64,000 nucleotides of DNA, taken from Octopus sinensis. Taxonomy: Eukaryota. The notes under the pieces were generated by a model, which was not told the origin of the DNA, did not search any database, and worked only from the letters and a program-made list of their open reading frames with translations. Both the position numbers and the translations under genes were made by a program. Shown piece after piece: positions 56,487 through 64,000 of this stretch (position 1 is its first letter; the number at the start of each line of letters is the position of its first letter). The stretch spans positions 43,152,001 through 43,216,000 of the forward strand of contig NC_042997.1 in assembly GCF_006345805.1 (NCBI RefSeq), read 5' to 3'.

Positions 56487-56821
56487 AGTAAAATCGAAAA
56501 ATGAAGGTGCATGATGAATCAAAATATGTTTATGTTGGAATGTAAGTTGCAATTACAAAGTAAGTGGAAGTTAAAAGTAAGTGAGGGGATACTCAATGTA
56601 AATGGTACTAGAGTGTCGTGTAGATACTTCTTTACCTCTGCATTGTTAAATTATATACCCAACACCAGGATGTAAAACAAAATGTACAAGGTGCATTCCA
56701 GAAGTTCTGAGACGTTTGCAAAAGAGATTATTGCAGTTTTAGTATCTCATTACTATACATCTAATAAGATGACCTGGCATCTTTTGTTATTCCAAACGGC
56801 TGTAACAGCACTTTGAACACA

Positions 56822-57000
56822 CTCTCACGTCATTGATTGGTTGAAATTACCGAAATACGACAACTTTAACACGAAATAACTTCGTAAATATAAACTTTTC
56901 TCAAAAACGCTAAGAGTAAAAGATGTTTTATATGACACATTCTACCAGTGCCCGAAGTTTGAAAGTGTTTAGTTACAAAACATTATTTTCTAAAGATCCC
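56822..57000. mobile_element. Solo right arm of the 31117-type fold-back MITE
   Basis: Matches 31925-32121 and ends AAAGATCC. Confidence 0.8.
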
Positions 57001-57334
57001 CGAACTCAAATGCTCACGTGCAATTTGAATACTCGAAAAGACGCTTCCTTGCATTCCAACTAATTTGAATGATGTAAATGCTAAATTCTTTGACTAAAGT
57101 GCGAAAATGAATGAGTGAAAAATGAATTTGAATTACAAACTTCATGGCGCTAATTTTTTTCGCGACTTTGAATGAACCGATTATCAAATTGAATGCCAAT
57201 CGTTACGAAAATGACTGCAAAAACCTATATTAAAATATTTCTACTTTTTATTTATTTATTTTTTTAAAGCCTCGTATATATTCTTTCGTTCTCATTTGCC
57301 GAAGCACTATATTTCGGGTACCTAAACATACCAA

Positions 57335-57625
57335 CGTAGAGGCCTAGTGGTTAGAGCAGCGGACTCGTGGTCGAGAAATCGCGGGTTCGAATCTCAGACC
57401 GGGCGATGTCTGTGTTTATGAGCGAAACACCTAAGCTCCATGCGGCTCCGGCAGAAGGTAATGGCAAACTTCTGCTGACTCTTTGGCCACACTTTCTCTC
57501 ACTCTTTCCTCCTGCATCTCCCAGCTCACCTGCAACGGACTGGCGTCCCGTCCAGATGAGGAACCTATACGCCAAGAAACCAGGACACCGGCCCTTATGA
57601 GCCAGGCATGGCTCGAAAAGGAACA
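57335..57625 (+). mobile_element. tRNA-derived SINE related to 29496-29816
   Basis: GGCCTAGTGGTTAGAGCAGCGGACTCG...GGTTCGAATC head with similar body and tail. Confidence 0.85.
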
Positions 57626-57981
57626 AACGACAAGCATACCAACACACCAGTTGTCAAGCGGTGGGGAAGGGACAAACACATACACACACACATACACACA
57701 CATACACACGCACATACGTGCACGCACACGTACATGCACACACACACATAGTTATCCATAACTTGAAACAATAAAGTGTTCCCTGTGGATCAGTTGTGAT
57801 TGAGCGTCCACACGCATTTGGAACTTCTATCGCAGGGCTCCAAAAACCCATAATGCTGACACGTGTGTAAGAAATTTAATATAAACTAGTTTTTATCCCT
57901 ATTTTCATATATAGATATATATATATATAAATGGCTGACGGTTAGTAAGGAGAGACACAAATAAGAAAGAAGAAAACAAAG

Positions 57982-58025
57982 GACCACTGATGCGGTCACA
58001 GGAGTGTGACGAAAGAACTCTGGCC
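57982..58025 (+). ncRNA. Degenerate hammerhead-like motif (A9C)
   Basis: GACCA-CUGAUGC-G-GUCAC(AGGAGU)GUGAC-GAAAG-AA-CUC-UGGCC. Confidence 0.5.
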
Positions 58026-58123
58026 GAAATAAGATTAAGATTAATGTAAAAAATAAATAACACCAAATATATAGTGCGTGTGTTTTTATTGGCTAAACTG
58101 GCAAAATGACCATTCCGAAATAT

Positions 58124-58189
<66 letters not shown>

Positions 58190-58398
58190 GATTCGGTTGA
58201 ATGAAGTACTTAAATTGAGGCACCAAGCCAGCCAGTTCAATACAGTCCGCGCAGCTCGAAGCGAGGGGAATAAAAAGGAAATAAATAACAAGGATGTTCA
58301 GGTATCAATGCATTACGGCTGTTTCAAGCGGCTCCATTTACTCGATCAATGAAAACATTACATAAATTTGAAAGAAACCGCTCCCCTCAGTTGCAGAT

Positions 58399-58814
58399 AC
58401 TCTTTTACCCTTTTACTCTTTTACTTGTTTCAGTCATTTGACTGCGGCCATGCTGGAGCACCGCCTTTTAGTCGAGCAAATCGACCCCGGATCTTATTCT
58501 TTGTAAGCCCAGTACTTATTCTATCGGTCTCTTTTGCCGAACCGCTAAGTGACGGGGACGTAAACACACCAGCATCGGTTGTCAAGCAATGCTAGGGGGA
58601 CAACCACAGACACACAAACACACACAAACATATATATATATACATATATACGACAGGCTTCTTTCAGTTTCCGTCTACCAAATCCACTCACAAGGCATTG
58701 GTCGGCCCGGGGCTATAGCAGAAGACACTTGCCCAAGATGCCACGCAGTGGGACTGAACCCGGAACCATCTGGTTGGTAAGCATGCTACTTACCACACAG
58801 CCACTCCTGCGCCT
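58399..58814 (-). mobile_element. Full-length tRNA-derived SINE (20284 family)
   Basis: Near-identical to 20284-20658. Confidence 0.9.
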
Positions 58815-58884
58815 AGATAATCATATAGATTTCCAACATAAAGGATAAACCATCTTTAGCATTTATAGGAAATTTATATCAGTT

Positions 58885-60165
58885 CTAGCTTAAGGTGACC
58901 CGCTCTACGTGCGGGTGATGTTTTGGTTGTTGGACCAATGTATTAATGTAGCAGTTGAAGGTCGTGGCACATTTGGGTTTTTGGTGGTCTTTTTTAAACA
59001 ATGTATGCTCGTTGTTCCAAAGCATGTCATTGCGAAGCACGAATTAAACCTATGAATTCTTTCACGAAAATGCTTAGCACCGTCAGATGGACTTGTAAGC
59101 AATTCTCGAAGAACCTGAGGGAGATAAGGTAACGGTGGGAGTCGGACTTTTCCTTGAGAGCAGCAAAGACCGGGGACATTGAAATCCCACTTTTTGGCCA
59201 CACAGGAGGAACAAATTTTGTCCATCTTTCCGATGGTCACTTTGTCGTTGTTGGCATAGTTTTTAGCAGGAACGTAGGTGAAGGCGGCCCTGGACCAGAA
59301 CTCGTCCCTCTTAGCAGCATTGCGTTGCTGGAGTTTTCGTCGCGCTGTTGACCGTCTAACTTGTCTCTGCTCTGAGGTCTGGATGCGGTTTCTTTGTTGT
59401 GCTTGAATGCGCTCGGCAGCGAGACGTGCCTCCCTTTCCTGTTGGGCAGCGAGACGTGCCTCTCCATCATCATGTGTCTCAGTAAGTCTCGCCATTCGGG
59501 TGCTTTCGCGTTTGGCAGCAAGGCATGCCTCCCTCGCAACTGGAGTCTCTCTCATACGTGAGCGTTGACGCTGAATTCGTCAGGTACGCAGGTAAGCTTC
59601 TCTTTGTTCAAATAATTGTGAGCTGCTGGAGTTATTTCTCTGACGGGTAATAGGAATTCCCCTATCCTCCGAGGAAACGAACTGTTGAACAGTAGAATTA
59701 GAATTCATTTTAATAAAAGCAGAATTTCAAAAATAAAATAATAAAATAGTAACAAATGAAAATGTATTAAAGTGGAGGGAAGGGGGAAAGAGAGAGACGG
59801 AGGAAGACAAGCAGTTAGCCAAAGAAACGACAATCATACAGTGAGAGGGGTGGTGGAAGAAAGAGTAACAGGCGCTATTAAACGACGTTATAGAGAGAAC
59901 GTGAAAGGAGGGGAGGAAAGAGAGAGAGACGGAGGAAGAAAAGGTCATATATGAAAGAGAGAAAACTTGTCTAAGTGTGCGTTTTTTGCCCTAGTAACCA
60001 CACCTTTTAAGATGGGGGTTTCTAACCAAGCCCACTCGCATCCTCACCTTATTTTACATGTCCCTGTAAATTTTGGAGTCAATCCGACGGGATCTAGTGG
60101 CCTGTAACCCGTTCCAATGCCAAAACCAGACAAACTTTTCGCATTTCAGAATTATGATACAGAGA
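58885..60165 (-). mobile_element. Internally deleted Helitron retaining the RepHel N-terminal coding region
   Basis: ORF 58905-59555: IGKMDKICSSC.AKKW...CCSQGKVRLPPL...HFRERIHRFNSCFAMTCFG; 3' hairpin CCCGC-N7-GCGGG plus CTAG; ends shared with 22071-23874. Confidence 0.88.
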
Positions 60166-60633
60166 CTAGAAACCAAAATAATTACATTGCTTCCTTGTGT
60201 GGCAGAATGTATTCAGAGAATAATGCATATCTATTTAAGCCTATTTTGAGAGTAGCAGAGGAAAATAGTGTAGGTCAAGATATAGGAGTGGTGTGAGAGT
60301 TATTTACTTTCATTCATAAGATTTTATGCAGCATATAGTCTACAACCATTTAGAAATAAATTCATTGGGAGTTGTCAGCAATGTTCCAGTTGATAGTGAT
60401 AAATTAATGCCAGACAACCTCCCAAACCCTTATTTTACTGGGACCATATATCTAGCTTTATCTATATAAAAGGATATGTCTCAGAGCTGCTAGTGAGAGA
60501 GTGACTGAAAGGGAAAAGGTGATAACTAGAAGAAGGAAGGATGTAGATAGAGCTAGATATATGGTCCCAGAAAAATAAGGGGCTGCGAGGTTGTTCGACA
60601 TCAATCAACGAATCACCATCCATCAACCATATA

Positions 60634-61360
<727 letters not shown>

Positions 61361-61399
61361 GGATGCGTGCGTTATCACCATCAAAAGTTATAATATATA

Positions 61400-61459
<60 letters not shown>

Positions 61460-61485
61460 TATATATATATTATATATAATATATA

Positions 61486-61524
<39 letters not shown>

Positions 61525-61539
61525 CATACATACATTTAT

Positions 61540-61913
61540 TCTTTTATTCTTTTATTAGTTTCAGTCATTTCACAGCAGTCATATTGGAGTATCGCCTTAA
61601 AGGGTTTTTTAGTCAAAGAAATCGACCCCAGGACTTATTCTTTGTAAGCCTAGTACTTATTCTATCGATCTGTTTTGTTGAACCGCTAAGTTACTGGGGC
61701 ATAACACACCAACATCGGTTATCAAGCAATGGTGGAAGACAAACGCAGACATACACACACATATATTCGACGGTCTTCTTTCAGTTTCCGTCTACAAACT
61801 CCACTCACAAAGCTTTAGTCGGCCCAAGGCTATAGTAGAAGTGCCATGCAGTGGGGCTGAACCCAGGACTATGCGGTTGGAAAGCAAGTTTCTTACCACA
61901 CAGCCATGCCTGT
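61540..61913 (-). mobile_element. SINE (20284 family), diverged
   Basis: Homology to 58399-58814. Confidence 0.85.
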
Positions 61914-62825
61914 ATGTGTGTGTGTGTGTATCTGTGTGCGTGTATATGTGTGTGTGTGAATATGTACATACATACATACATACATACATACATACATACA
62001 TACATACACATACATACATACATATAATTACATACATACATACATGCATGCATGCATGCATATCATTAGATATCTTTCACGTCTTTCTGGGGAGCAGAAC
62101 CAAAGTTGTCTTAGATTCTCCAGAAGCTCATCTGTTGCACCGATGCAATATTCTCGGTGTAGCAGTATTCGGGGGATTGCCTCGAGCAGTGCGGATGATT
62201 TGGCGCAATGTGACGATCAATTGGGAGCGGAATTCCAAGCAACTGAGAACAAACATTGTCCATTGGACCAACACGGCTTCCTTTCTGTTCTGAATGAACT
62301 CGAAACCTAACCAACCAGTCACTTGCACTTTGTTTACCACTTTAGGAATATGCACCTGGTATGATGCCTCATTACTTATATGGATTATGAGAACATGTCA
62401 CATTGAAACTCATTAAAGTCGCTTTGAGTTGGCAGTTCTTTTAGATTTTCAATAATAAAGAGCAAGTTGTCTGCTATATTTTAATTCCGTCAAATTTCAT
62501 ATGTTACGTGTTTCATGAGATCATTTCCACCCCACCCTCGCCCCCACTTTCCTTTCAGCCGCATAATCATTAACCCTGATTCTTGAAAAATTTCCTGATT
62601 AACCTAAATATAGTTGAAAGCTATTTACGAAAAATAATTCTTCTGGCAAATTTTTAAAAACTTGCTCCAAAAACATTTCAAAGTAAACAAAACTCACGAA
62701 CTGTGAAATTTAATATAATAAAGCTGTAAGTGTATTTATTCGCAGGCTTGACTATTCCTGTAATCTGCCAGAGTCGGCAGAAATTCTACGTGTGTGCATT
62801 TGTATGTTTGTTTGTTTTGCTAGTT

Positions 62826-63009
62826 TGTATGTATGTATGTATGTATGTATGTATGTGTGTATGTATGTGTGTATGTATGTATGTATGTATGTATGTGTAT
62901 GTATGTATGTAGGTATGTGTGTATGTATGTATGTATGTATGTATGTATGTATGTATGTATGTGTGTGTGTGTATGTATGTATGTATGTATGTATGTATGT
63001 ATGTATGTA

Positions 63010-63042
<33 letters not shown>

Positions 63043-64000
63043 ATGTATGTATGTATGTATGTATGTGTGTGTGTGTATGTATGTATGTATGTATGTATGT
63101 ATGTATGTATGTGTGTGTATGTATGTATGTATGTATGTATGTGTGTGTGTGTATGTATGTATGTATGTATGTATGTATGTATGTATGTATGTATGTATGT
63201 GTGTGTGTGTATGTATGTATGTATGTATGTATGTATGTATGTATGTATGTGTGTATGTATGTGTGTATGTGTGTGTATGTATGTATGTATGTATGTATGT
63301 ATGTATGTATGTATGTATGTATGTATGTATGTATGTGTGTGTATGTATGTATGTATGTGTGTATGTATGTATGTATGTGTGTATGTATGTATGTATGCAT
63401 GTATGTATGTATGCATGTATGTATGTATGTATGCATGCATGCATGCATGTATGTATGCATGCATGTATGTATGTATGTATGTATGTATGTATGTATGTAT
63501 GTGTATGTATGTATGCATGCATGTGTGTATGTATGTATGTGTGTGTGTATGTATGTATGTATGTATGCATGTATGTGTGTATGTATGTATGTATGTATGT
63601 ATGTATATATGTGTGTGTATGTATGTATGTATGTATGCATGCATGTATGTATGTATGTATGTATGTATGTATGTATGTATGTATGTATGTATGTATGTAT
63701 GTATGTGTATGTATGCATGCATGTATGTATATGTGTGTGTATGTATGTATGTATGTATGCATGTATGTATGTATGTATGTATGTATATATGTGTGTGTAT
63801 GTATGTATGTATGCATGTATGTATGTATGTATGTATGTATGTATGTATGCATGCATGTATGTATGTATGTATGTATGCATGTATGTATGCATGTATGTAT
63901 GTATGTATGTATGCATGTATGTGTGTATGTATGTTTGTATGTATGTATGTATGTATGTATGTATGTATGTATGTATGTATGCATGCATGCATGCATGCAT
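62826..64000. repeat. Very long (GTAT)n microsatellite with (GT)n and GCAT variants, running off the window end
   Basis: Directly visible; source of the ~400-aa YIHT ORFs. Confidence 0.99.

Noticed and set aside
62111-62355. Non-repetitive minus-strand ORFs between microsatellites
   Set aside because: No recognisable motif and no clear donor site; needs a homology search.
62752-64000. ~400-aa His/Thr/Tyr/Ile-rich ORFs (and similar [20 protein letters not shown] ORFs throughout)
   Set aside because: Translations of stop-free microsatellites, open in several frames at once.

Overview
AT-rich, microsatellite-dense eukaryotic (animal) DNA. The SINE, LINE and MITE families look like those of an Octopus-type cephalopod genome; this is inferred from recognising the repeats and was not confirmed by a search. 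Nearly the whole window is repeat-derived: three LINE groups (R4/Dong-like REL-LINEs nested in (TAA)n, an RTE-like LINE with a 5' inversion, and a near-complete CR1-like LINE) plus an L1/Tx1 3' piece, Tc1/mariner/maT/hAT transposase relics, non-autonomous Helitrons, GG-ended MITEs with 8-bp TSDs, and many tRNA-derived SINEs. The only host coding sequence I can support is one calcium-binding EGF exon on the minus strand (40872-41048), so the window is probably mostly intron or flank of a large gene. The most striking unexplained signal is about ten type I hammerhead-ribozyme-like motifs in sequence-unrelated, non-coding repeats, most of them next to (TA)n tracts. One (39197-39287, minus) has a fully canonical core, a GUC site and a palindromic helix III. 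Most long ORFs in the track are microsatellite translation artefacts.
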